Origin: a virus
Strand: one strand, 5' to 3'
DNA length: 64,000 nucleotides
Virus record (IMG/VR): IMGVR_UViG_3300046454_000714
Coordinates: 1-64,000 of that record
Of the stretch, positions 18,972 to 28,053 are shown piece by piece (position 1 is the first letter of the stretch; every line of letters starts with the position of its first letter). The notes below the pieces were generated by a model. It saw only the letters and a program-made list of their open reading frames with translations. It had not been told where the DNA came from and made no database searches. Made by a program: the position numbers and the translations under genes.

Positions 18972-19399
18972 CCGACATCCAGCAGATCCGCCCGCAGACC
19001 ACCGACGAGCAGCTCAAGGAGTTGTTCAGCCGCACCGCGAAGCTCAACGACGCGATGTCCGCACTTCTCGACCCCAGGTGGGGCGCCAACGTCGGCATCC
19101 TCCCCAAGGATCACCCGCTGTACCCGAAGGCGCTGGAGCCCCTCCCGAGCGCCTTCGGCCACAAGGTGAGCAAGCAGGAGCAGGCCGCGCCCGTCGACTG
19201 GCAGGCCGTCGTCCAGCGGCGCGAGCGCGAGCTGAAGGAGGTCGGCGAGGCGCGGCATCGAGCCGAGGCCGCCATCGCTCGCGTGCGCCAGCTGGCCGCC
19301 GAGCAGCAAACCGAGGGCACGAACGGCGAACCGTGCGACGCCGACACGCTCTGGCCGTCCGAAATCCTCGCCGCCCTCGACCAGCGCAAGGAGGGCTGA
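18968..19399 (+). CDS. hypothetical protein
   Basis: GAGGAG RBS, coupling. Confidence 0.65.
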   Translation: MTDIQQIRPQTTDEQLKELFSRTAKLNDAMSALLDPRWGANVGILPKDHPLYPKALEPLPSAFGHKVSKQEQAAPVDWQAVVQRRERELKEVGEARHRAEAAIARVRQLAAEQQTEGTNGEPCDADTLWPSEILAALDQRKEG

Positions 19400-19401
19400 C
19401 A

Positions 19402-20244
19402 ATGCCCACACCCGACGAGCGGCGGGAAGCAGCCGAACGCGACATGCTCGCCGTCTACCCGCCGGACGCCGAACGCAGTGACATCGGCACCGAGTTCGTC
19501 CGGCAGATCGACCACCCGAACGAGGAAGGCGTTGCAGCCTGGGAGACGGACCTCGCCGGAGAGAACACCGCGCTGTGGAACGAACTCCACCGCCGCGACA
19601 CCGAGTCCGACACTCCCGAGCTGACCGCCGAGGAGGCCCGCGATCTCGCCGACGACCTCGGTCTCCAGCTCTACCGGGCGCAGGATGCCCTCGCGTTCAT
19701 CGAGGAGTGCTGCGTGATCGCCGAGCGGTCGGGGCGCACGATCACCGTGGCCGATGTGCGGACGTGGCTGAAGGGTGCGCAGTGCGGGCGGCAGCTGGCG
19801 ACCGACGGGCTCGACGTCGACCCCGCCGCGCCGCCGGTGCACCTCGTCACCTGGACCGGGGCCGCGAACAACGGCGAAGAATGTCCGCGAACAACCCCGG
19901 ACAACTCCGTCGCCAGGAGCGATGCGGCGGACAACTCGGCGCTGCGGGAGCAGTTGATCACGGCCATTCGCAGCGAGACGCACTCCGGCAAGGGCCCGTT
20001 CGCTGAAGTGCCGCGCATCGCCGACGCCGTACTCGCCGTCATTCGCCCCCTCGGCAAGTTCCTCGGCGACATGCACCGTGACGCCGAAGCCGACCTGTCC
20101 CGCGTCATCGACCTGTATGAACAGTGGTGCAAGGACGGGCCGCCACCCCTCGGCACATCCGTCAGCCGGTGGTGGGATCGGCGACTCGTCGAACTGCGGC
20201 ACGCGATCGTTGAGCCCGTCGACCCGCCCAAGGCTCAGCAGTGA
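19402..20244 (+). CDS. hypothetical protein
   Basis: AAGGAGG RBS, codon bias. Confidence 0.7.
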   Translation: MPTPDERREAAERDMLAVYPPDAERSDIGTEFVRQIDHPNEEGVAAWETDLAGENTALWNELHRRDTESDTPELTAEEARDLADDLGLQLYRAQDALAFIEECCVIAERSGRTITVADVRTWLKGAQCGRQLATDGLDVDPAAPPVHLVTWTGAANNGEECPRTTPDNSVARSDAADNSALREQLITAIRSETHSGKGPFAEVPRIADAVLAVIRPLGKFLGDMHRDAEADLSRVIDLYEQWCKDGPPPLGTSVSRWWDRRLVELRHAIVEPVDPPKAQQ

Positions 20245-20396
20245 GTGACCGCCCGCACTGGCTGGCCGAGGAGATCCGCGTCCAACGCGGCGCCGCCCTC
20301 ATCTGCATCGCGCTCGCGGGGCTGACACTCCTCAACTGGACGCTCACCGCCCTGCTCTGGATCCTCCACCACACCCTCTGACCGACAGGAGATCTG

Positions 20397-20675
20397 ATGA
20401 GCCGCAACGTCCGCCTCAGCAAGGAACTCGCCGCCCAGATCCGTGCCGCCGCCGCCAAACTCGACGTCACCGACCTGCCCGCGGACGCCGACAGCGCGCA
20501 GGAGATCATCCTGGACCTTCACGACGCTGTCGTCGAACTCCGGGCACCGATCCGCGCCCTCCTCGAAGCAGCCACCGCAGACGGCGACGAAGACATGCGC
20601 GAGGTGCCCGCCAACGCGGACCGGGCGCTGCGACGGCTCGCCAACGAACTGGCGCACGCGGCGGAAGAGGACTGA
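20397..20675 (+). CDS. hypothetical protein
   Basis: AGGAG RBS, codon bias. Confidence 0.7.
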   Translation: MSRNVRLSKELAAQIRAAAAKLDVTDLPADADSAQEIILDLHDAVVELRAPIRALLEAATADGDEDMREVPANADRALRRLANELAHAAEED

Positions 20676-20696
20676 GGCGGGACCGAGAGACGGCGA

Positions 20697-20727
20697 AGCC
20701 CCGCACCATCAGGTGCGGGGCTCTTTT
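20697..20727 (+). terminator. intrinsic terminator ending the early operon
   Basis: AGCCCCGCACC-ATCA-GGTGCGGGGCT followed by CTTTT. Confidence 0.75.
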
Positions 20728-20818
20728 GCGTGCACGCAGCCTTGGCCACTCTTGGCCATTCGTGGCCAGCGTTCCGCTAGCCTCGTGTACAAGTCGTGTA
20801 CAGACCCGGGAGGCGACG

Positions 20819-21103
20819 ATGAGCGACCAGCCGTGGACCATCGAGCGGATCTGCGACGCGCTCGGCAACCCGACGCTCGCCCAACGGTTCCTGGGGGAGA
20901 TCAACCGGGCGCCGGCCTACGACCTCCTCGGCGTCTTCGCCAAGTGGCAGGGCATCGCCGAACGCACCCTCGCCGCCGTCGCCCGCGGCAAGGAGATCGC
21001 CGAACACGAGGCCCGCGGCGAAGAGCCCCCCGGCGAGTGGATCGACGTCACCGACCGCGTTCTCGCGGACGCTGCCCGAAACCGGGCCCAAGGCGCCGCC
21101 TGA
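20819..21103 (+). CDS. putative antitoxin (DUF6247-like)
   Basis: GGAGG RBS; small helical protein upstream of a RelE-like ORF. Confidence 0.55.
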   Translation: MSDQPWTIERICDALGNPTLAQRFLGEINRAPAYDLLGVFAKWQGIAERTLAAVARGKEIAEHEARGEEPPGEWIDVTDRVLADAARNRAQGAA

Positions 21104-21121
21104 CCTGCTTGGGTAGAAGCC

Positions 21122-21364
21122 GTGTACCGGCTTCTCTGCGATGAACCCCTCCTGGCCATCTGGGACAGCCTCCCCGACGACGCCAGTCGGCAGCTCACCG
21201 CCGCACTCTCCGACGTCTGCCACGAGCCGTACATCGAGACGGAACCCTGGGGCGTCGACGACGGCATCAACCGCATCCTCGAACGGCCACTGATCGCAGT
21301 CCGGCTCGCCGTCAACGAGCAAGCCCGCACCGTGCGCATCTACGCCATCGAATACCGGCACTGA
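21122..21364 (+). CDS. putative RelE/ParE-fold toxin
   Basis: 80 aa; YRL...WDSLP...L...L..V..EP...V.L.V.EQARTVRIYAI pattern. Confidence 0.55.
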   Translation: MYRLLCDEPLLAIWDSLPDDASRQLTAALSDVCHEPYIETEPWGVDDGINRILERPLIAVRLAVNEQARTVRIYAIEYRH

Positions 21365-21368
21365 ACAA

Positions 21369-21407
21369 CGAAGGGCCCTGCTGCGGACGGCGCAGCAGGG
21401 CCCTTCG
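21369..21407. terminator. bidirectional terminator hairpin
   Basis: CGAAGGGCCCTGCTGCG...CGCAGCAGGGCCCTTCG between convergent genes. Confidence 0.75.
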
Positions 21408-21417
21408 TCATGTTCGG

Positions 21418-21660
21418 CTACGCGGCTTCCTCCACTGCCGGCTTCTTCCCGGCGAGCACTTGCCGGACCCAGCCTTCCGACAGGCCGAGTCGTGCGGCCA
21501 GCTCCTCGACGGTCACCCCGCGCTGGTGCGCCCCGCGCAGGGCTGCGTTCCGTCGGGCTTTCAGCCGCTCGGCTGCTGCTTCACCGGCCAGCGTGTGCTC
21601 CAGCATGACCGCCAGTCGCAGCAGTAGTCGGCCCGCCGCGTTGTCCCACCTACGCCTCAC
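21418..21660 (-). CDS. small HTH protein
   Basis: GVTVEELAARLGLSEGWVRQVL. Confidence 0.7.
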   Translation of the reverse strand: MRRRWDNAAGRLLLRLAVMLEHTLAGEAAAERLKARRNAALRGAHQRGVTVEELAARLGLSEGWVRQVLAGKKPAVEEAA

Positions 21661-21783
21661 GCATGCCCCCTGTCATGATCGCGCCACCCCGCATGTAGGC
21701 CACGGTCGGGGGAGTGCGCAGCTGCCGCAAGGGCGCAAACGGCGCCACCCCGCCCGTGCTTTACGGCCGGGGCGGGAGGGGCG

Positions 21784-22086
21784 TCAGGTGGGAGATCCGC
21801 CGTCCTCGAACAGCATCGGGTCCGCGACCGGCCGGCCCGTGCCGAGATAGGTCGCCTCCCCGCCGTCGTACCGGCCGCCATGCTGTTCGACGATCGCCGC
21901 GACCTCCCGGTGGCGCGCTATGAGGTGGTCGATGCTGACGTCCCGGCCCGCCAGCAGCAGCCAGTCGGTGCTGTCCGGCAGCGGCTCACGGACGCGGGTC
22001 ACGAAGTCGGGCAGCTCCTGGGCGCAGCGGCGCGCGGTGGCCTCATCGGGGAAGTAGGCCCAGTGGGTGTACGGGATGTTGCTCAT
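21784..22086 (-). CDS. RraB-like (RNase E inhibitor fold) protein
   Basis: HWAYFPDEATARR...GGRYDG motifs; AAGGA RBS. Confidence 0.6.
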   Translation of the reverse strand: MSNIPYTHWAYFPDEATARRCAQELPDFVTRVREPLPDSTDWLLLAGRDVSIDHLIARHREVAAIVEQHGGRYDGGEATYLGTGRPVADPMLFEDGGSPT

Positions 22087-22108
22087 GCGTCGTTGATCCT
22101 TTCGTTGG

Positions 22109-22897
22109 TCATCGAGGGAACCTGATCAACCAGGCAGGCAGCGGCTTGTCGTCGCTGTGGTAGTGCTGAAGCGCGTACTTGAAGCTGAGGAGATCCACCT
22201 CGCGCACCGAGCGCAGAGCCTCTGGATCCTCCCGGCCCAACTGGGCGAGCGCTCGCTGCCGCTTATCCCGGTACACCTGCGGGCGCTTCCGCTCGAACTG
22301 CAGCAGCAGGCGGCGCACCTTGTCGTCGTTGAGCTTGTTCGCCGCCGCGTACAGCTGCTCCAAATCCGGCGGCAATTCGATCTCGCGCGCGACCTCGCCC
22401 GCGCGAGCGGCAGCGAGTGCGGTGGAGGATTTGCCTGCTTCTTCTTGCTGCTGGTTCGTCTTGTTAAACCCCGTGTTGTTAAAGAGTTCCTGGTCTTCGG
22501 GACTACTGAAGTCTGGAGGTTCTGAATCCTGGAACTCCTGGGAATCCGTACCTCCAGGCCGACCTGCATAGATGGGCTGATCGCAGATGTACGTCTCCGT
22601 CCGCCACCTCTGCCCACCCGGCGCCGGATCCTTCACCTCGATCCGCTCATGCTTCAGGTAGCCCTTCCGCTCCAGCTCCTGCATCGCCTTCCGCATCGCG
22701 TCCCGGCCCTCGACATCCGGATCGCCGGCACGCTTGGCCGCGTCCATCAGCATCTTGAACGTCATGTGGTAGCCGTCGGGGTAGCTGAGCAGGTCGACGA
22801 GCAGGCCCTTGGCGCGCCAACTCAGGCGCTGGCCCTGCGCGGTGGTGTTCGCCACCGGCACCCAGCCGCCGTCCGGCATCGTCCGTATCGTCCTCAC
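22109..22897 (-). CDS. second replication initiator-like wHTH protein
   Basis: N....RLSWRAKGLLVDLLS.PDG...AMQELERKGYL; central low-complexity repeats then AT-rich tract. Confidence 0.7.
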   Translation of the reverse strand: MRTIRTMPDGGWVPVANTTAQGQRLSWRAKGLLVDLLSYPDGYHMTFKMLMDAAKRAGDPDVEGRDAMRKAMQELERKGYLKHERIEVKDPAPGGQRWRTETYICDQPIYAGRPGGTDSQEFQDSEPPDFSSPEDQELFNNTGFNKTNQQQEEAGKSSTALAAARAGEVAREIELPPDLEQLYAAANKLNDDKVRRLLLQFERKRPQVYRDKRQRALAQLGREDPEALRSVREVDLLSFKYALQHYHSDDKPLPAWLIRFPR

Positions 22898-23033
22898 TGG
22901 ACCCCACCCGCCTGATGGCGGATGCGAGCACAGCCGTGTAGCTTCAAAGGGAACCTCAAGGGATCTGGCGGGCCACCGACCCGCTGATTCAGAAACGGCC
23001 GGGCCTCCACAGCCCGGCCGTTCGCATGTCCGG

Positions 23034-23315
23034 CTACGCCTTCGGCAGCGTGATGTACTCGGCGGCTTCCAGCTCGGCCAGCAACTCGTCGAGATCCTCG
23101 GGTTCGCCCCCGCGAGCGCGGCGCTTCGACTCCGCCGCCTTCGCCGCGTCGAGATCGAAGTCGCCGTTCCTGGCGATCAATTCCATCAGGAGAGCGCGGC
23201 TCGCCATCGACAGGGAGTGGTTCCACACGATGGCATTCGGAATGCCGACATGCCCCTCCTCAACCTCGTCCTGCTCCACACCCTCGAAGCAGGCGGGACT
23301 CAATGTGATCTGCAC
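23034..23315 (-). CDS. small wHTH-like protein
   Basis: IPNAIVWNHSLSMASRALL...LAELEAAEYI; GAGG RBS. Confidence 0.6.
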   Translation of the reverse strand: MQITLSPACFEGVEQDEVEEGHVGIPNAIVWNHSLSMASRALLMELIARNGDFDLDAAKAAESKRRARGGEPEDLDELLAELEAAEYITLPKA

Positions 23316-23394
23316 GAATGCTTCCTCTCGGTTGGCACTATGAGAACGACCGGGCGGGGTGAATCCCGCCCGGTCGCTGGTGCTTTCTCGCTGC

Positions 23395-23838
23395 TCAGAC
23401 GGCAGTTGCGATCGCCAGACGCGCGGTACGGGCCATCTCCTTCATCCGCATCGCGAACGCGATCAGCTCATCGGCCGCCTCGTCCGTCATGTCCGGGGTC
23501 AGGTAGGCCTCGCGGGAGCCGTCCGTCACGGTAACGGCCGCGACGCGCAGACGCGGATCGTCGGCCGTCGGGTCCGAGTAGAGCTGCGCATACACCTCGA
23601 ACGCCGAGTACAAGTCGTCGGTCATCGTCGGCACCTGCACGCAGTCCGGGGTGCCGCGGTGACTGATGTCCTCGACCGCGGCGACACGCTCAGCGACGTG
23701 ATCAAGGACGCAGAAGTTCGGGTCCGAGATCTGGACCGTCTGGACGCGGCCCGGCCGGCCGATCGACGCCGGGACGAAACGCGGCGGGGGAGTGGCGGAC
23801 GTCGCGGGGGCAGGGATGGCGCAGCTTGCTACAGTCAT
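23395..23838 (-). CDS. hypothetical protein
   Basis: GAGG RBS, codon bias. Confidence 0.65.
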   Translation of the reverse strand: MTVASCAIPAPATSATPPPRFVPASIGRPGRVQTVQISDPNFCVLDHVAERVAAVEDISHRGTPDCVQVPTMTDDLYSAFEVYAQLYSDPTADDPRLRVAAVTVTDGSREAYLTPDMTDEAADELIAFAMRMKEMARTARLAIATAV

Positions 23839-23932
23839 GTCAGACCTCTCAGGCGTGAGTGGGTTGCTGATCAGCGGCTGGTACCGCTGGTTGAACTGGC
23901 CGGGCGTTGGTAGCGCCCGGCCGTTCGCGTTC

Positions 23933-24511
23933 CTACTGCGGAAGCGATCGGGGCTTCGGTGTCTCGACCGCCTTGTTCGCGGCCCGGACGAGGGCGCCGA
24001 AGGCCTGATGGCTCATCTCCTCTCGAAGGATCTGCACGATCACAGAGGGCTGGTCCAGCGGCACGAGGGCGGCCCTGGGGTCGGGGCTGAACAGCGCCTT
24101 GTTGTACTTCCGCCACCGACGTAGCTCCTCGTGGAGCTGCTCGCGGTCGACGAGGATGTCGACCAGAGGATCCCGCTGATTTCGCATGAACCATGCACGG
24201 TGGAAGTAGCCCCTGAACCAGCCGCCAGGACCGCTACCAAACGGCGGGTGGATGTCAGGGTTTTCCAGCTGCCCAAGAGCGGTGTTGCACCAGCGGCAGA
24301 TCAGACCGCGCACGGCAGCATTGCCGTAGTGGTGGTCATGGTCGATGACGAGTCCCCGACGTGCGCCCTCTTGCGGCGGTTGGCCGCACGCTTCGCAGTT
24401 CCCACCGCTCCGCTCCCAGAGGGCCTCGAAGTCCTCGCACGTGAGCGCGTAAGTCTTGTGCGTATGGCAGTCGATGCCACTCTCGTGCTTCGACTTCCGT
24501 CGCAAATGCAT
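23933..24511 (-). CDS. endonuclease VII family protein
   Basis: Y.LT.EDF......CEACG, IDHDH...VRGLIC..CN..LG; GGAGG RBS. Confidence 0.85.
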   Translation of the reverse strand: MHLRRKSKHESGIDCHTHKTYALTCEDFEALWERSGGNCEACGQPPQEGARRGLVIDHDHHYGNAAVRGLICRWCNTALGQLENPDIHPPFGSGPGGWFRGYFHRAWFMRNQRDPLVDILVDREQLHEELRRWRKYNKALFSPDPRAALVPLDQPSVIVQILREEMSHQAFGALVRAANKAVETPKPRSLPQ

Positions 24512-24532
24512 GCATCCTCCATGATCACCCTC

Positions 24533-24548
24533 ACTTGGATATCCAAGT
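24533..24548. promoter_or_regulatory. palindromic operator ACTTGGATATCCAAGT (putative GntR site)
   Basis: Perfect 16-bp palindrome identical to the core of the site at 25996-26017. Confidence 0.75.
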
Positions 24549-24625
24549 TGGCGCTCCGAAAGTAGCGCGGCTGTCGCGGAGCGTGCAAGTAGTGCGACGA
24601 ACTGGATGGTGGGTACCGTCACGGC

Positions 24626-25045
24626 ATGGGGTTGACGGATCAGGAGTTGCGCTCACGGTTCGCGCAGGCCAAGGTGCTTCGCCTCGGGACCGTCGACGCG
24701 GCCGGCAAGCCACACCTTGTGCCCGCCACCTTCGCCCTCGTCGGCGACGTCGTGGCCATTGCGGTCGACCACAAGCCGAAGCGGCACACCAACCTGAAGC
24801 GTCTTCGTAACGTCGAGGAGAACCCCGCCGTGACGCTCCTCGTTGACCACTTCGAAGAGGACTGGGACCGGCTCTGGTGGGTGCGCGCGGATGGCGATGC
24901 TCGTGTGATCCAAAATGAACTTGCATACGAACTTGTAGATGCATTGGTAGACAAGTACGAGCAGTATCGCGAGCGTCGCCCCTCCGGACCGGTGATTGAA
25001 ATTCACGTAAACCGCTGGTCAGGGTGGGTGGCCAAGCAGGAGTAG
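24626..25045 (+). CDS. PPOX-class (F420-dependent-like) oxidoreductase
   Basis: LGTVDAAGKPHLVP, VDHKPK...LKRLRN..ENP.V.LLVDH..EDW..LWWVRADG. Confidence 0.85.
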   Translation: MGLTDQELRSRFAQAKVLRLGTVDAAGKPHLVPATFALVGDVVAIAVDHKPKRHTNLKRLRNVEENPAVTLLVDHFEEDWDRLWWVRADGDARVIQNELAYELVDALVDKYEQYRERRPSGPVIEIHVNRWSGWVAKQE

Positions 25046-25102
25046 ACGCATCGCGGTGACATCCGGTTACGCTCACTTGCGTAACCATCCGACAGGAGAG
25101 TG

Positions 25103-25879
25103 ATGACACCGAACCCGGCACGAGAGCACCCCTACGAGAGGGTCGCCAACGAATTGCGCGCGGAGATCCTCAGGGGAGACCTCGCGCCCGGCGCGAAGCT
25201 GCCGTCCGAAAATGACCTCAAGGACCGCTTCGGCGTCACGCGGGCCACGGCGCGGAAGGGCATCGCCCTTCTCCGCATGGAAGGCCTCGTCACCTCGTTC
25301 CAGGGGAAAGGCGCGTTCGTCCGCGAGCGCCCGCACGTGAGCATGCGTCAGACCGGCAGCATCTACCGTGCGCGCCGATCGACTGGCGAGGCGAACTACA
25401 ACGCCGAGGCGAAGGCGCAGGGGCAGAGGCCCAAGCAGGTGATTCGCGAGGTCGTCGAGACGGACGCGCCGGAGAAGGTCGCGGACCGTTTCGGCGTCGA
25501 GCCCGGCGCTCCGGTGGTAGTCCGCCGCCTGCTGTTTACGGTCGACGACCAGCCCATGCAGCTCTGCGATAGCTACTACGAGCGCTCCCTTGCGGCTGGC
25601 ACGCCGCTTGCCGAGGCCAGGCTCATCAAGGGTGGCGCCAACTCGTTCATCGAAAACCCGGACGGGCCGATCGGTCGACGCATCGTCCAGTTCATCGAAG
25701 ACCTCGACATCCGGATGCCGTACCCGCACGAGATCGAGCTACTCGACATCCCGGCTGGCGTGCCCGTGGCGAAGGTGATGCGCACCGCTTACGACTCGGC
25801 GGGCGACGTCCTGGAAGTGCTCGACTCGATTGTTCCGTGCGATCGGCACACCTTCCGATACGTGATCGATGTGCCGTAG
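25103..25879 (+). CDS. GntR/HutC-family regulator with UTRA domain (KorSA-like)
   Basis: PY..VA..LR..I..G...PG.KLPSE..L...FGV.R.T.R, GKGAFVR; UTRA C-domain. Confidence 0.92.
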   Translation: MTPNPAREHPYERVANELRAEILRGDLAPGAKLPSENDLKDRFGVTRATARKGIALLRMEGLVTSFQGKGAFVRERPHVSMRQTGSIYRARRSTGEANYNAEAKAQGQRPKQVIREVVETDAPEKVADRFGVEPGAPVVVRRLLFTVDDQPMQLCDSYYERSLAAGTPLAEARLIKGGANSFIENPDGPIGRRIVQFIEDLDIRMPYPHEIELLDIPAGVPVAKVMRTAYDSAGDVLEVLDSIVPCDRHTFRYVIDVP

Positions 25880-25899
25880 TTCCTGCTCACGCTGCTGAT

Positions 25900-25931
25900 G
25901 CCCTCAACCGCCTTGCGGTTGGGGGCTTTTT
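25900..25931 (+). terminator. intrinsic terminator after GntR
   Basis: GCCCTCAACCGC-CTT-GCGGTTGGGGGC followed by TTTTT. Confidence 0.75.
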
Positions 25932-25995
25932 CGTTGCGCCCGGGCTTGTCGCAGCACTTGCATACCCAAGCTGCACTGGCTACGGTTGCACCAGT

Positions 25996-26017
25996 CGAAC
26001 TTGGATATCCAAGTTCG
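25996..26017. promoter_or_regulatory. 22-bp palindromic operator CGAACTTGGATATCCAAGTTCG
   Basis: Perfect palindrome ahead of the transfer operon; degenerate copy ACTTGCATACCCAAG at 25956-25970. Confidence 0.8.
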
Positions 26018-26057
26018 GAAACCAAGTCCTGACCTGCCCAAATGACCGGAGGCCTCT

Positions 26058-26315
26058 GTGCCCACGCCCAACGACGAACTCGCTGAAGAGCTCGCCCTGT
26101 TGCAGGGCGCGCTCAAGCCGGCAGAGGTCGCCAAGCTCCTGAAGGTCCACTCCGCGACCGTCTACCGCCTGATCGCCAGCGGTGAGTTGCCCTCCATCCG
26201 GATCGGCAGCGGCACCAAGCGCCGCACCGGCCTGAAGGTCCCGCAGTCCGCCGTCATCAAGTACCTGCGCAGCTCCCGTACCGCCCCGGCCCTGCCCGCC
26301 ACGGAGGTGGCCTGA
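26058..26315 (+). CDS. excisionase-like HTH_17 protein
   Basis: LKPAEVAKLLKVHSATVYRLIASGELPSIRIG. Confidence 0.85.
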   Translation: MPTPNDELAEELALLQGALKPAEVAKLLKVHSATVYRLIASGELPSIRIGSGTKRRTGLKVPQSAVIKYLRSSRTAPALPATEVA

Positions 26316-26316
26316 C

Positions 26317-26634
26317 ATGCCGATCACCACCGCAACCCCGCCCCGCACCCCGCAGTTCCACTACGCGTCGATGCGCAACGCCGAGCAGTCGGCCCGCAGC
26401 ATCTCGACGCAGTTGTCGGTGCGCGGCTTCCTCACCGGTCTCGCCGATGAGACATCGGCCGCCGAGTTCGCCAAGCTGAAGGCGACCCGCACCAGCTACT
26501 ACTTGCTCGCCCTGGCGCACCGGAACGCGGCCCGCCGCCTGGAGCGCGGCCAGCGCATCCGGTCCCGTGTCGAGCGGATCGTGCGGCCGGTTGTCCGTGG
26601 CGCGCTGCGAGTCGGCCGGGCGGTGACGGCATGA
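26317..26634 (+). CDS. hypothetical protein
   Basis: GGAGG RBS, coupling. Confidence 0.65.
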   Translation: MPITTATPPRTPQFHYASMRNAEQSARSISTQLSVRGFLTGLADETSAAEFAKLKATRTSYYLLALAHRNAARRLERGQRIRSRVERIVRPVVRGALRVGRAVTA

Positions 26635-26846
26635 GCACCGCAACCGCCGCCCCGGCCCTGACCCTCGCCGTGAACGTGTACCGGACTGCGTCGGCTCGTA
26701 CCGCGGAACTGTCGGCGGTCACGGATTCCCGCGACCTGACGCCGGGCGAGTCCGACTACCTGGCCCACGCGCAGGACATGCTGGCCGCCGCCAAGGCGAC
26801 CCTCGTCCGCGCCGGCCGCCTCGACCTCATCGGGGTGGTGGCATGA
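26631..26846 (+). CDS. hypothetical protein
   Basis: Coupled at both ends. Confidence 0.6.
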   Translation: MSTATAAPALTLAVNVYRTASARTAELSAVTDSRDLTPGESDYLAHAQDMLAAAKATLVRAGRLDLIGVVA

Positions 26847-27079
26847 GCCCCGCCGACGTTGCCGCGCACATCGCGGCCCAGGGCCCGGTTCGCACCCGCC
26901 CCGTCGCAACTCCGCAGCGCACGGTCCTGGAGCGTTTCCCGGCTGGCGCCCCGCGGGGCCAGTGGCCGGCGGAGTCCTTCGCCGCGGACCGTCGCCGCGA
27001 GGGTGTTCCGGCCCGCGTGGTCATGGACCTCAACTCGGACGCGTTCCTCGTGATCGTCGAGGCCGGTGATCCCCGATGA
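26843..27079 (+). CDS. hypothetical protein
   Basis: Coupled; RFPAGAPRGQWPAE motif. Confidence 0.65.
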   Translation: MSPADVAAHIAAQGPVRTRPVATPQRTVLERFPAGAPRGQWPAESFAADRRREGVPARVVMDLNSDAFLVIVEAGDPR

Positions 27080-27252
27080 GCTTCCCGATCCCGGACCCGT
27101 CGCCGGAGGAGGAGTTGGCGGCCAGCGTGGACGACATCTTCCTCGGCTGGTGGCCCGACGACTTGATGGCCATCGTCCGCGCCCCGTACACGGGTGGCGC
27201 CCTCGCCGCCTATGCGCACATCGACGGCGGCAAGTACCTGCCGCCGGAGTAG
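27076..27252 (+). CDS. small hypothetical protein
   Basis: ATGA coupling, 58 codons with high GC3 (below ORF-track cut-off). Confidence 0.5.
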   Translation: MSFPIPDPSPEEELAASVDDIFLGWWPDDLMAIVRAPYTGGALAAYAHIDGGKYLPPE

Positions 27253-27356
27253 CGCCCCCAAGACCGCCGCGGGTGGGTCGACAACCCCCCGTCCCCGCCC
27301 GCGGTGCCCAACCCCGCCCCACCCCATCCGCTCCTGCTGACCAGAGAGGCTCCGTC

Positions 27357-27596
27357 ATGTCTTCCACCGCCCACCCCACCGCCCAGTCGGCCCCGGCGAC
27401 GGCCACCGTCGAGCTCTTCTGGGTGATGACCGTACAGACGGCCGACGGTCGCGTGAACACCCGGACCGCCGTGCTCACGGTCCCGGTCGGGTTCACCCGC
27501 GCCGAGGCGTTCGGGTACGTCTTCGCGCAGTTCAAGGAGGCCTACGGCAGCCCACTCACGGTCCTTTTCTTCGACCTCGCCGAGAACAAGATCTAG
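27357..27596 (+). CDS. hypothetical protein
   Basis: GAGG RBS, codon bias. Confidence 0.65.
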   Translation: MSSTAHPTAQSAPATATVELFWVMTVQTADGRVNTRTAVLTVPVGFTRAEAFGYVFAQFKEAYGSPLTVLFFDLAENKI

Positions 27597-27641
27597 CTCC
27601 GCCCCACCCCCACTGCTCCTGCTGATCCGAAAGGGATCCCC

Positions 27642-27875
27642 ATGTCTCCGTTCGTCCTGTCCGACGCCGATCTGGCCGTCACGACCCAGCTGGCCGCGCG
27701 CCGTCGGGAGCGCACCACGGTCGCGGATGCGTTCACCGAGTTGTTCGGCGACGACTTCACCCGCGCCCTGTACCGGGAGACCACGTATGCGGTGCCGGAT
27801 TCGGAGCGGCAGACGTGCCCGGTGCACCAGGACTGGCGGATGGACTGCCAGCACCTGCACCTGAAGGCCGCCTGA
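27642..27875 (+). CDS. hypothetical protein with CPVH..W..DC motif
   Basis: RBS, codon bias. Confidence 0.65.
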   Translation: MSPFVLSDADLAVTTQLAARRRERTTVADAFTELFGDDFTRALYRETTYAVPDSERQTCPVHQDWRMDCQHLHLKAA

Positions 27876-28027
27876 TGTCCGGCCGGAAGCGCGACGACGC
27901 GCCGCCGAAGCCCCCGCCGACGCCCGACCCCGCCGCAGTCGCCCGCGCCAAGCGTGAAGCGGACGCCCTGCGCACGACAGCCCGGGAGCTGCCGGAGATC
28001 GACCCCGCCGACGCCAAGTACTGGTAG
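27875..28027 (+). CDS. small hypothetical protein
   Basis: TGATG coupling. Confidence 0.5.
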   Translation: MSGRKRDDAPPKPPPTPDPAAVARAKREADALRTTARELPEIDPADAKYW

Positions 28028-28053
28028 CCAACCCCGCCCCGAGAGAGGACGCC

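Noticed and set aside
26058-26315. Excisionase marking an integration module
   Set aside because: No integrase or att site nearby; more likely a regulator heading the transfer operon
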